This document shows, piece by piece, positions 16,537-25,247 of a DNA stretch of 64,000 nt. Position 1 is the first letter of the stretch. Every line of letters begins with the position of its first letter. The notes under the pieces are model-generated. The model was given only the letters and a program-made list of their open reading frames with translations, did no database searches and was not told where the DNA came from. This DNA is from a virus (taxonomy: Duplodnaviria > Caudoviricetes). The position numbers were made by a program, and so were the translations under genes. The stretch spans positions 1 to 64,000 of the IMG/VR virus record IMGVR_UViG_3300031998_000056; one strand, 5' to 3'.

Positions 16537-16546
16537 GCCTCCCCTT
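16522..16546. terminator. hairpin at the integrase 3' end, between convergent units
   Basis: AAGGGGAAGC-ATTAA-GCCTCCCCTT. Confidence 0.5.
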
Positions 16547-16682
16547 CTATATATCAAAACCCTTGACTATCTTCACAGACCGCCAAGGGGGAAAGAGGAG
16601 GAAAATTTATCAAAAACCTCCTCTTATCCGAATAGTCCGATAAGGAACATAATGATAAAGATGATTGTATAGATAAGTCGTT

Positions 16683-17887
16683 TCATACTGCAATCTTGAT
16701 TTTGTTGGTTTTCTTACGTGATGTATAGTACTCTCTGATAATATCCATATCCCTCTTTACAAGGTCTACGATACGTTGGTGGTGCATGGTGAGTTGGTCA
16801 TGTCTGCCAAAGGATTGTCTAATCGTGAACGAGGTCAAATCAACCTCTATGGTTTCTATCCTCTTGCCTCCAATGGTTGCCGACATAATCAGCGAGTAAG
16901 GCTTCTTGTAATACTCGTTGGTATAGACGCAATGTTTCATCTCCTCTGCCTCTGCTCTGAATGCTGCGACATCGGGTAGTACTCGGCACTCTATCAGTCC
17001 ATCGGTTAGAACCATATCGTAAAAACGTTTCCTCCGCTTGATGTACGCATCGTTGGTGCGCTTCTCTTGCATCAGCTTCTTGTCGGTTGCGGACATCTTC
17101 AAGGCTATTGCTGCTGCCCTGCGCTCTTGCTCTTGCTTTCGTTCCCATCTGCGCACGAACAAATCGTGTGTGGATTGTAGGTCTTTCGGTGCGACATACA
17201 CAGGGTTGCGGAAATCCGCATTTACACGAACCATTGCACGAACCATATCGAACCAAACGCTTGAATTTCCTTGTGTGAACGTGAACCCATGCCTCTTGGC
17301 AATAGTGATAGCCCTGCATATTTGCTTGCTGTAAGTCTGATACATCAGATGAACGAACAATGGGCTGCGCTCTTTGTAAAGGTTCTCGGCTACGGGATTG
17401 TCCTTTATGATGCGGCCTAACTCCTTCGGGTCTATGCGGTCGCAAGGAACACGCTTTCCTCTGCTCTGCGGATGCTCTCCCCATGATATATCGAACAAGT
17501 CGGCAATACAATTGCCAGCATAGTTGCGATAGTTCTGTCTTAACTCCATATCAGAGCCATAGAGAAAGCAATCGAAATAACACCCCATCGTCTTTTGCTT
17601 GCCGAAATAGAGCGCGTTGCATCCATCCTCTGAAAACTCTCGCATTATCTCCACGAAGAAATAGTGTTCGTAGTGCTTATCGGGGAACTTATAGCCACGA
17701 TACAGGCGTTTCACTTGGAACTCTGCCACTTGAGTAGTGAGCGTGAAATAGAACGTTGTGTTCTTTCCGTATTCGTGGTGTCCGTAGTCCTGTTTCTTAC
17801 CCATTCAATATCACGAAGGGCAATATCTTCTTTGAGGGTAGCGTTCAGTTCCGCCACCCTCTGTTCGTACTTGTTTCTCGGTTTCAT
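16683..17887 (-). pseudogene. PcfJ-like protein with apparent 1-bp frameshift near the N-terminus
   Basis: C-terminal EAEEMKHCV...YY...SLIMSA...RIETIEV is PcfJ-like. The natural start MKPRNKYE at 17887 (ATGA-coupled) is out of frame with 16683-17804. Confidence 0.7.
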
Positions 17888-18015
17888 AATTCTTTCTCTT
17901 TAAAATCTTCATCACAATGGTCTGTTGTACGGATAACGTCATGATAAAGTCTACAACTTGAATACGTATATCCGTCTTTTTGCCAATACTGGCAATTCTT
18001 ACACATCTTTTCCAT
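17884..18015 (-). CDS. 43-aa Cys-rich peptide
   Basis: MEKMCKNCQYW...C...C; stop overlaps the pcfJ ATG. Confidence 0.6.
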   Translation of the reverse strand: MEKMCKNCQYWQKDGYTYSSCRLYHDVIRTTDHCDEDFKEKEL

Positions 18016-18016
18016 A

Positions 18017-18379
18017 TTAGAATCCTCCAAATAAATCAAGTTCAACGCATTTGTTCTTGTTCTTCCTGTCTTTCACAATAGCCTTGATGGGCTTTATATC
18101 GGCCTTTGGTGTTTCCGCCTTTGGTGTAACGACCTTGACCTTCTCCTTTACAGGGTTGGCCTTTACCTTGTCCTCCATGTAGTAGTGTACAGCCCAGCCA
18201 TACACTACCGCATCCTCGATTGCAGCACAATTACCACTCTTTTCCTTTTGAGCCTGTGAAATGATGTACTTAACGCAATCGTCAATGTTCTTTGTCTTTA
18301 ACTTGTATCGCTCTGCGAAAGCAAAGTCCTGTGAAGCCATCTTGTCGAGATGGGCTTTGATGATGTCCTTGAAATCCAT
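18017..18379 (-). CDS. PcfK-like / AcrIIA9-family protein
   Basis: FKDIIKAHLDKMASQDFAFAERY..K.IDDCVKYI...VYGWAVHYYMED...LDLF. Confidence 0.8.
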   Translation of the reverse strand: MDFKDIIKAHLDKMASQDFAFAERYKLKTKNIDDCVKYIISQAQKEKSGNCAAIEDAVVYGWAVHYYMEDKVKANPVKEKVKVVTPKAETPKADIKPIKAIVKDRKNKNKCVELDLFGGF

Positions 18380-18383
18380 AATC

Positions 18384-18650
18384 TTATAAGTTAATGTATT
18401 TGTCGAAATGTAGGTTTGTTTTCTCTCCGCTCATCCGTTTCAGTACATCAAGTACCATTTTCTCGATTGTATCTTCCTCATCAGAGTTGGTTTCTTCCTT
18501 TCCATGTGCTGAAAGAACGAGCGTGGCCATAGTAAACGCATCAATGATGGTCAATATGGATTCGACAGGGGCTTTGTCGAAAGGTTCTAAAAGTTGCTTG
18601 CAAATCTTTGCAGATGCTTCCCTGTCTAACTTAATCGTAATCTGTTCCAT
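18384..18650 (-). CDS. hypothetical protein
   Basis: 88-aa ORF. Confidence 0.7.
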   Translation of the reverse strand: MEQITIKLDREASAKICKQLLEPFDKAPVESILTIIDAFTMATLVLSAHGKEETNSDEEDTIEKMVLDVLKRMSGEKTNLHFDKYINL

Positions 18651-18652
18651 GA

Positions 18653-18982
18653 TTAAAAGTCTTGAAATAGTTTGAACTCTTTTGAATAAAACGTAGCTGT
18701 GAGCATAGTGTTGTCATCATTGATGTCGCACTTGACCATGATAGAGTTGGTCTTGTTGTAGTGGTTGCGCTCAAGGAAACCCATAAGCATCGCAATAGGG
18801 CCATTGAACGGAAGGGCGAAGAGAATCTGATTCCCGTCTACCTTTGCAGCCAGCATCTGACCTTGAAAGAATCCCATCTTGGCGGTGTCTGTGCCGTAAC
18901 TCTTACCGCCATCGAAAATCTTCTTGAAAACATGGGTGACTTCATCCATGTTCTCTACGGGTTGAAATTGTGAATAATCCAT
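18653..18982 (-). CDS. hypothetical protein
   Basis: 109-aa ORF with conserved AAATTTATC..ATTATG leader. Confidence 0.75.
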   Translation of the reverse strand: MDYSQFQPVENMDEVTHVFKKIFDGGKSYGTDTAKMGFFQGQMLAAKVDGNQILFALPFNGPIAMLMGFLERNHYNKTNSIMVKCDINDDNTMLTATFYSKEFKLFQDF

Positions 18983-19014
18983 AATTTGATAAATTTTAAT
19001 GAAACAATAAATAC

Positions 19015-19060
19015 TTGTACCCTGCCTGTGAATCGAACACAGGCAAGCACCATGCAGGGT
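19015..19060 (-). ncRNA. tRNA minihelix-like hairpin
   Basis: ACCCTG/CAGGGT plus CCTGTG-TTCGATT-CACAGG (12 bp stacked), followed by A-CAA. Confidence 0.6.
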
Positions 19061-19212
19061 TATCTAACGTGAATGTAATAACAATCGAACAGGCCGTTTG
19101 AATGATAGGTATTGCAAACGTTATAGTTCGGGTCGTTCAGATAAGGCAAAGCCTCCTCATAATCAGAGGAGGTTGCCCATAGTTGGTTGTGGAGTTGTTC
19201 TTTGATGGTCAT
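19060..19212 (-). CDS. small hypothetical protein
   Basis: Likely start MTIKEQ. Confidence 0.55.
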   Translation of the reverse strand: MTIKEQLHNQLWATSSDYEEALPYLNDPNYNVCNTYHSNGLFDCYYIHVR

Positions 19213-19223
19213 AACGTGATAGT

Positions 19224-19433
19224 TTAAAATTCCACATCGTAAACACAATCGTTATCCGTAACCATCCAAGACGAACTATCGGGGTTAATCCCAAACTCGT
19301 CTGAATACATGAAGATGAAATCGTATGCGTCACACTTCCGTCCCAACATCTGTTTCAATTCCTCTTCCCTCTCTTTCGAAAGGTTTACCTTCGTCACGCA
19401 GCCGTTGCCGCAATCCAAAAACCAAATAGTCAT
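19224..19433 (-). CDS. small acidic hypothetical protein
   Basis: 69-aa ORF. Confidence 0.7.
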   Translation of the reverse strand: MTIWFLDCGNGCVTKVNLSKEREEELKQMLGRKCDAYDFIFMYSDEFGINPDSSSWMVTDNDCVYDVEF

Positions 19434-19453
19434 AATTGTAAGTGTTTAATGTG

Positions 19454-19645
19454 TTAATCTTCGTTTGCCATTCCCTCATCGAAGGCTTCCCAAATGTAAC
19501 CAAAGATGGTTTCGGTCAAAACCTCCCACTCTTTGCTCATCTGCTCATCTTCGGAGATGTCGGTGGTCAAATCGAAATCGGGATACTTAATTCTCATTAC
19601 CTCACAAGCCAATTCGTTGGCAAGTTCATTTAGTTTCTCTTCCAT
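19454..19645 (-). CDS. small, highly acidic protein
   Basis: 63 aa, D/E-rich. Confidence 0.7.
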   Translation of the reverse strand: MEEKLNELANELACEVMRIKYPDFDLTTDISEDEQMSKEWEVLTETIFGYIWEAFDEGMANED

Positions 19646-19676
19646 ATTGTTTTTTAGTTTTAAGGGTTAGTACTTC

Positions 19677-19877
19677 TTACCGGATATACCAAATACTTTC
19701 GTGGTCTGCTGTTTCCACTTTTAGAAGCCTTACACCATCCTCAATGCTTATTGAAGGGTTTATGGTCATACAGGCTGCGGTCGTGTCTACAAAACTTTGG
19801 CAAAAGTAATGTGGGTGTTCATCGTCATACTCATAGGTAATCTCGATGGTTTCTGTAATTGTTCTTTTGTGTTTCAT
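19677..19877 (-). CDS. hypothetical protein
   Basis: ATGA-coupled start MKHKR. Confidence 0.65.
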   Translation of the reverse strand: MKHKRTITETIEITYEYDDEHPHYFCQSFVDTTAACMTINPSISIEDGVRLLKVETADHESIWYIR

Positions 19878-20110
19878 AGCATCCAAAATATATCTTCTGC
19901 ATCACCTTCTTCTAACCACCATCCTTCGGGAAGGTCGTTTTCTTCTCCGAACTCCTCTAACAAGTCACAGATACCTTGTTCTATCTGTTCCCCGTCATGT
20001 GTCATGCTCAAAGGGCATCTCATGCGGTCAATCTCATACAATGCCCTCGTTTCCTGTTCATCAGTCCACGTTCTATTGTCGCGGATGTAGTCTAATACTT
20101 CTTCGTTCAT
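19874..20110 (-). CDS. small, highly acidic protein (DNA-mimic-like)
   Basis: 78 aa, very D/E-rich with Trp residues. Confidence 0.75.
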   Translation of the reverse strand: MNEEVLDYIRDNRTWTDEQETRALYEIDRMRCPLSMTHDGEQIEQGICDLLEEFGEENDLPEGWWLEEGDAEDIFWML

Positions 20111-20142
20111 AATGTGATAAATTTATTAGGGTTAAACAAAAA

Positions 20143-20181
20143 TTGTAGGCAGGGGTGCATCGAACACCCCTTGCGAGCCTT
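20143..20181 (-). ncRNA. tRNA minihelix-like hairpin
   Basis: AGGC/GCCT plus AGGGGTG-TTCGATG-CACCCCT, followed by A-CAA. Confidence 0.55.
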
Positions 20182-20197
20182 GGAACACTCAGTTACC

Positions 20198-20323
20198 TTA
20201 ATACTTGATGTGTGTGTGCTTAATCATCATGTATACTGAAAAAACAAGGAATAAGCAATCAAGAATCATTAAAAGCCACAGCAGGGCTTTGATGTAGGTC
20301 GGTTGTTGGTCGTAGGTTTTCAT
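20198..20323 (-). CDS. 41-aa membrane peptide
   Basis: MKTYDQQPTYIKALLWLLMILDCLFLVFSVYMMIKHTHIKY; ATGA-coupled. Confidence 0.55.
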   Translation of the reverse strand: MKTYDQQPTYIKALLWLLMILDCLFLVFSVYMMIKHTHIKY

Positions 20324-20574
20324 GTCAATTCGGTTTTATATAACTCACTCCATGCGTAAATCGTTCTTGGGAACTTCTCATACGCCCACTCCGAAAATGG
20401 TTTGGCGTATTTATCTCTGTTCCATACAAAAAGGGAAATGTTCGATGTATAGATGTCGGAAATCCTGTACGCTGATTGCAACAGGCTACCTTCATAATCT
20501 CGGTTAGGTATGTATTCGGGATAACACCTTCGTATCCTTTCCATCTGCTTGATAATGTCTATAAACGATTTCAT
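20320..20574 (-). CDS. hypothetical protein
   Basis: Likely start MKSFID. Confidence 0.65.
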   Translation of the reverse strand: MKSFIDIIKQMERIRRCYPEYIPNRDYEGSLLQSAYRISDIYTSNISLFVWNRDKYAKPFSEWAYEKFPRTIYAWSELYKTELT

Positions 20575-20576
20575 AA

Positions 20577-20945
20577 TCAATCCTCCTTGTTGATTTGATA
20601 CCATGCTTCGTTAATCATTTGAGCGAGATTTAACCACGCTCCAAATATATCCTCATCATCTGTGGGAAAAGGCTTGTACAGGGTTTCACTCACGCCTGTT
20701 TCGTAGTCATTAGAAACGCTTACCGAACCATACAGGCAATTGCGCACCTTGATACGATAACCTTTGTACGAATCCTCCACAAATGGGTTAATACGCAATA
20801 CCTTTGAAAGGTACATCACATAATTTGCGAAATCAAATGCAGTAATGTTCTCGCCATCAATGATGTCTAAACAATCATCCTGTAAGATTTCCGCTAACTC
20901 GGCCTCCATGCAGATGCCACATTGGTTCATAACTTCTGTACTCAT
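20577..20945 (-). CDS. acidic hypothetical protein
   Basis: Likely start MSTEV. Confidence 0.7.
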   Translation of the reverse strand: MSTEVMNQCGICMEAELAEILQDDCLDIIDGENITAFDFANYVMYLSKVLRINPFVEDSYKGYRIKVRNCLYGSVSVSNDYETGVSETLYKPFPTDDEDIFGAWLNLAQMINEAWYQINKED

Positions 20946-20949
20946 AATC

Positions 20950-21213
20950 TTACTCAAAATAATAGATAAACACTTCATTCTCTTCCGAATCCCATACCTT
21001 TGCATTGTGTTTCCATCCGTCTAACTCTTCGTGCGAGAGAAGCGCATGGTGTGGCATCGGGAATTGGTAACTCTTGTTAAAGTCAAGCACAGAACACAAG
21101 TTCCAGCCTTTGTACACAACTTTCAAGCCATCATTCTCGGCAAGAGCCGCAATAGCCCACATTTTGTCATACACGCATTGTGCAAGTTCATCTGAACAAA
21201 AATCATTTCTCAT
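20950..21213 (-). CDS. hypothetical protein
   Basis: Likely start MRNDF with conserved leader. Confidence 0.7.
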   Translation of the reverse strand: MRNDFCSDELAQCVYDKMWAIAALAENDGLKVVYKGWNLCSVLDFNKSYQFPMPHHALLSHEELDGWKHNAKVWDSEENEVFIYYFE

Positions 21214-21244
21214 AATAGATAAATTTTTAAGTGAAACAATAAAT

Positions 21245-21300
21245 GTGTGGGCAGGGTGTACCTTGAAGCACCCTGTACCGCCAAATCGGATTTGCCCTAC
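21245..21300 (-). ncRNA. tRNA-like three-way hairpin
   Basis: GGGC/GCCC outer stem, AAAT-CCG-ATTT side hairpin, AGGGTG-CTTCAAGGTA-CACCCT arm, then ACACATTTATTG. Confidence 0.45.
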
Positions 21301-21358
21301 AAAAGAAAGCAGCCACCCCGTAAGGTGACTGCAATCAAATAGCATAAATGTGCGCGTG

Positions 21359-21604
21359 TTAGTGTTCGGCTGAATATCTCATACACCAACTCTCAAAAGA
21401 TGAGATGTTCTTGAAACGCGGGTGTTTTGAAATAGTTTCTCCGTTGAGGGTTAATTTGCCAACAGATTCCCCGATAAACACATACTCATAAATGGTTGTA
21501 TTGTTTGGTTTCCACAGGCCAACAACATCACCATTCTCTTTCCTGTCTAATTGCGCGTGTTTCATCCGAAAGATTGTGCCACGCGAATGTTTGTGTATGC
21601 CCAT
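21359..21604 (-). CDS. hypothetical protein
   Basis: Likely start MGIHKH, just downstream of an internal promoter. Confidence 0.6.
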   Translation of the reverse strand: MGIHKHSRGTIFRMKHAQLDRKENGDVVGLWKPNNTTIYEYVFIGESVGKLTLNGETISKHPRFKNISSFESWCMRYSAEH

Positions 21605-21622
21605 AACAGATAAATTTGGATG

Positions 21623-21653
21623 CAAAGGTACAAAATATAAATGAAATGCCAAA
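21623..21653 (-). promoter_or_regulatory. internal Bacteroidota sigma-A promoter
   Basis: TTTG-N19-TACCTTTG on the minus strand. Confidence 0.65.
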
Positions 21654-22009
21654 TAATTGGTATTATTTAACTCTGTTACTTTAGAACCTTCTTGCTGTCG
21701 CAGTGATAAGAATCCCCCGTTCCTGTTTCGGTGGTTCTGAAAACCTCATATACGTACTTCATAACCTATCTCTTAATCTAAACCATACATAACAAGCATC
21801 GCAATCGGGATTGATAGCTTTGTAACGGCAATCGCTACAAGTGCATTTCTGTTCTTTAATCATAGCCTTTAGAAAATTATGTGTAACACTCTTAATACTT
21901 CTCTATCTGACGGGATGAACTTAACTCGCCCCATCCTGTAAAGTTTGTAACCAGCAGAGCGCAGGGTAATCTCCCCACGCTCCACCATGCGTTTAAGTTC
22001 GTTCATAAC

Positions 22010-22285
22010 TCATCTGTCTATGTACAACAGGATTCTAACCAAATGGCCGTTTGTAAATTGGCTCTCTCCTTTGGATTCTCTGCGTAATAGTTTCGCGTAG
22101 TCGTAATAACGCCAACTTTCATAGATGGCCGTTATACCATTGCTATATGTCACGTTCAGCCTGTGAAAATCCTTTGGAGGGCGAATAGAAGCGAACTCCC
22201 TGCCGTCCATAGTCCTAACTACGTGTTCCGTCTGCCCTTGTTCGAAATACTCGATAGCCCTTTTAATTGATGTAATGCGCTTCAT
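22010..22285 (-). CDS. hypothetical protein
   Basis: 91-aa ORF. Confidence 0.7.
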   Translation of the reverse strand: MKRITSIKRAIEYFEQGQTEHVVRTMDGREFASIRPPKDFHRLNVTYSNGITAIYESWRYYDYAKLLRRESKGESQFTNGHLVRILLYIDR

Positions 22286-22382
22286 AACTCAAACCTCCTT
22301 AATAAAGTGATACAAACCCTTGAAATAATAGATTGTGCCGATTATAACCAGCACAACCTCAAATGTAGTCAAACGTTCCATG

Positions 22383-22721
22383 TTATTTCTCCTCTCCTAA
22401 ATTACGCTGTGCAGTTTCTAAATTCGTGTACCAATTAACGTAATCCCATGCAGTTCCGTAGTGGTCTACGCAAAGGATATACAAATCCAGCATATCGGAG
22501 TAAGAGAATTTCAGTTCGAAATGTTCCTCCAAGAACTCCACATCACTCTGTGAGCAATCTGTTAAGTACCATTGATAGATTTCTGTGTAACTATCGCTCA
22601 CCTCATCATAGAGGTTAAAACGACAATTTTCGTAAACACTTGAATCTTTCTCCACGATGTCATTGCAGAGAATCAACGAATTGTTCAGCCAATTGACGGC
22701 TACCTTGTAATTTGTGTACAT
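22383..22721 (-). CDS. acidic hypothetical protein (EIYQWY...LDLYILCVDHYGTAWDYV family)
   Basis: 112-aa ORF with conserved leader; motif recurrent in MGE early regions (recalled). Confidence 0.8.
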   Translation of the reverse strand: MYTNYKVAVNWLNNSLILCNDIVEKDSSVYENCRFNLYDEVSDSYTEIYQWYLTDCSQSDVEFLEEHFELKFSYSDMLDLYILCVDHYGTAWDYVNWYTNLETAQRNLGEEK

Positions 22722-22754
22722 AATGATAAATTTTTGATGGTTAATAAATAAATG

Positions 22755-22804
22755 TGTTCCCCCATCCCAATTCGATTGCAGTCACTAAATGACAGATGGG
22801 GGAG
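22755..22804 (-). ncRNA. tRNA-like three-way hairpin
   Basis: TCCCCCATC/GATGGGGGA stem, GTCA/TGAC arm, CAA-TCGAA-TTG arm; CCCAATTCGATTG is identical at 23069-23081. Confidence 0.5.
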
Positions 22805-22872
22805 AAATGATAAATATTGGTGGTTCTATACCTGCTATCTTCACAGACCACAGGCTGCGGTGTTACCAAATG

Positions 22873-23025
22873 TTATTTGTCCCTTTCGTATGTGTCAATG
22901 TAGCCGTTTATAACGTTCACGAAATCAACGCCACATCGTTCATCGCGTAACATGATGAATAATGTATCTAACTCAGTCCTGTTTACGTTTAGGGAAATAA
23001 TGTTCCCGTTCTTTGTGATTGTCAT
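22873..23025 (-). CDS. first gene of early operon, hypothetical
   Basis: Start MTITKNG with GGAGG upstream. Confidence 0.6.
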   Translation of the reverse strand: MTITKNGNIISLNVNRTELDTLFIMLRDERCGVDFVNVINGYIDTYERDK

Positions 23026-23308
23026 ATTAAAACCTCCTATAATTAAGTGAAACAAAATAGCAGGTTCGCCCAATTCGATTGTAGCACCCTTATATATAAT
23101 AATGTGCAGCGAACCTTGTAAACTATGTGTAGAGCCTAACAACGCTTTCGCCTCTCTCTACTACGTTGCCTCTCTCTTTCCATCTCTCTTGTGTCAGCCT
23201 GTCAAAGAATCGCTCTTAGAGCCTCACGAAAACCTTTCACTTCCGTTCCCCTCGTTTAGCAATCCATTCAGCGGTGTATCCTTCGGGTGGGTTTCCGTTG
23301 GCAAAATT

Positions 23309-23424
23309 ATAGATTTTATTCTATACCTCCAAATATTTTGATAGAATTTATTCGATATTTAATATTATTTCACAAATATAGAGCAAGTTTTAAATAATGC
23401 TAACAAAAATAGAATAGTTTCTAT
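23309..23424. promoter_or_regulatory. three palindromic operators ATAGA-N6-TCTAT between divergent promoters
   Basis: 23309-23324, 23341-23356 (one mismatch) and 23409-23424; leftward -7 box TATATTTG at 23373-23380; rightward TTTG-N20-TACCTTTG at 23429-23460. Confidence 0.7.
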
Positions 23425-23480
23425 AAAATTTGGTGGTTTGTGGAATTGTTCTTACCTTTGCGCCATAAAACCAAATCTAT

Positions 23481-23738
23481 ATGGATTTAAAGAAAACAAT
23501 AAAAGCAAAGGGGTGGACTTACGCTGAGTTAGCGGAGAAGATGGGAATCACGCAGCCCTCTTTAACATCCCTTGTTAATGGAAACCCTACGTTGGCTAAA
23601 TTAAAGTCAATGGCGGATGCGATGGGCATAACGTTATCGGAGTTACTCGCGGATGATGGAGAGGCGATAATAACTTGCCCACATTGCGGAAAAGAGATAC
23701 CTATAAAGGTAACTCCTGTATCAAATGAGGAAGGGTGA
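23481..23738 (+). CDS. XRE-family HTH regulator with C-terminal zinc ribbon
   Basis: KGWTYAELAEKMGITQPSLT..NGNPTL..L..MA.A.G; ITCPHCG. Confidence 0.88.
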   Translation: MDLKKTIKAKGWTYAELAEKMGITQPSLTSLVNGNPTLAKLKSMADAMGITLSELLADDGEAIITCPHCGKEIPIKVTPVSNEEG

Positions 23739-23763
23739 ATTAAAATTTCTCCCTTCTTTTTTT
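23730..23763 (+). terminator. intrinsic terminator
   Basis: GAAGGG...CCCTTC hairpin followed by a T-run. Confidence 0.6.
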
Positions 23764-23820
23764 GTCTATTCAGATTATATTCGTAAATTTGCAGCCTGTA
23801 AAAACCTAAAACTAAATGAC

Positions 23821-23994
23821 ATGAAGAAACTAACGTTTAAAAGAATTTACGCAATTATCCTCCTAATTGTGTTCATCGTCTATGGATGGCTGTATCTAAA
23901 GGAAAACCGATACAAACAAATAAATGACAGTTATGCCATGTTTGATACCTGGACTTCAACATTTCAATCGGCAGAAAATTTCTTAGAAGAATAA
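23821..23994 (+). CDS. small membrane protein (moron-like)
   Basis: One TM helix; own TAAATTTG -7 box. Confidence 0.65.
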   Translation: MKKLTFKRIYAIILLIVFIVYGWLYLKENRYKQINDSYAMFDTWTSTFQSAENFLEE

Positions 23995-23998
23995 CCAA

Positions 23999-24598
23999 AT
24001 GGCGTACAAAGAAAATAATCGGAGCTGTCTGTGGACATTTTTGTTGATGGCAGTTGTTGTTGCTGGTTGCGTGTTCCTCAATTTACAATGTGAAAAATGG
24101 GGTAAAGAGTACCTTGTTATAGAAACAGGGTTTATACATTCAACAGGCAATAAAGACAAATGCAGATTCATCGCTCAGGCAAAAGAGAAAGGCTACGTAA
24201 TTGGCCGTATAGATAAGAGCGAGGCAGCATCGCAGGGCATGAAAATATGTCAATGGTGTTATACGGCTGAAGAGGTAGAAAAGTATAACGAAGATGTGTT
24301 CAAGAGGAAAATGAGGAAAATGCACTTAGATGATTGGTTAGAGTGGTTCCACTTTGCGCGTGATAAGAATCTGAAGGAACACGAATTATATGTATATTTA
24401 GAAGAATCAGGAAAGATGCATATAGATGGGAGTTGCTATCACATGAAAGGCAGCCCAACAAGAGTGCGATTTGATAATGTTACACAGATGGAAACAGCCT
24501 GTGAGTATTGTGTGAGCAGAAGGTATGTTGATTTCATATACAAAGCCGTCTATGAAGGAATACTCGACCCAGCACAGATAAAAGAAGAGGACTACTAA
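23999..24598 (+). CDS. membrane-anchored protein with two H..C..CxxC metal-binding motifs (moron-like)
   Basis: N-terminal TM; FIHS...KC...CQWC and MHID.SC...CEYC. Confidence 0.75.
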   Translation: MAYKENNRSCLWTFLLMAVVVAGCVFLNLQCEKWGKEYLVIETGFIHSTGNKDKCRFIAQAKEKGYVIGRIDKSEAASQGMKICQWCYTAEEVEKYNEDVFKRKMRKMHLDDWLEWFHFARDKNLKEHELYVYLEESGKMHIDGSCYHMKGSPTRVRFDNVTQMETACEYCVSRRYVDFIYKAVYEGILDPAQIKEEDY

Positions 24599-24622
24599 AG
24601 AGAAAATAATTCTACTGAACAG

Positions 24623-24651
24623 GAGGATGGCAGAACGTTATCCTCTTTTTT
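24623..24651 (+). terminator. intrinsic terminator
   Basis: GAGGAT...ATCCTC followed by T6. Confidence 0.55.
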
Positions 24652-25247
24652 GTACATATATGTAGATAATCATACTAAATTCATCGACTTTTTTACAAAT
24701 CTTCACAAATTAGCCCCAAACAGGCCGAAAAACACACCCAAAATAGCCCCAAATGAAAAATCCCGACAAAATGACTTTATACGCCCTAACGGACAAATGA
24801 AACTAAAAGATTGATAATTAAAGGCTTCCGAAATATTGACAAAAGTAAAAGAATAGGACAAGAGGAAAGACGATAAAGGAGAAATAGAACATAAGGGGAG
24901 AAATGGAACATTTTTGGCCATCTCGCACCTCAAAGGGGCGTTAAAGTTTGTTAAGCGCTCCGACACAAGGAAAAAGCATTTCAAAACGCCCTTATCTTTG
25001 TGCGCAAATAAAGGCGGCAAGAGGCGAAATAAAGGCCGTAGGGCGCGATACAGGATGCAAGCTGATTAGTTGCCCGATGAAGCCAAAAAAGCCCGTCAAA
25101 ACGCCTGTGAATGAAACTTAATGGAAGGTGTATGATTGTCAAAAGTTTTCTGAAAATATGCAGATTTAACGTTTCGGGCGTATAAATATGCAAGAAGGCG
25201 TGATTGTACAGCTATTATGATAAATAGAAGGTTAAAATGTCAAATAT

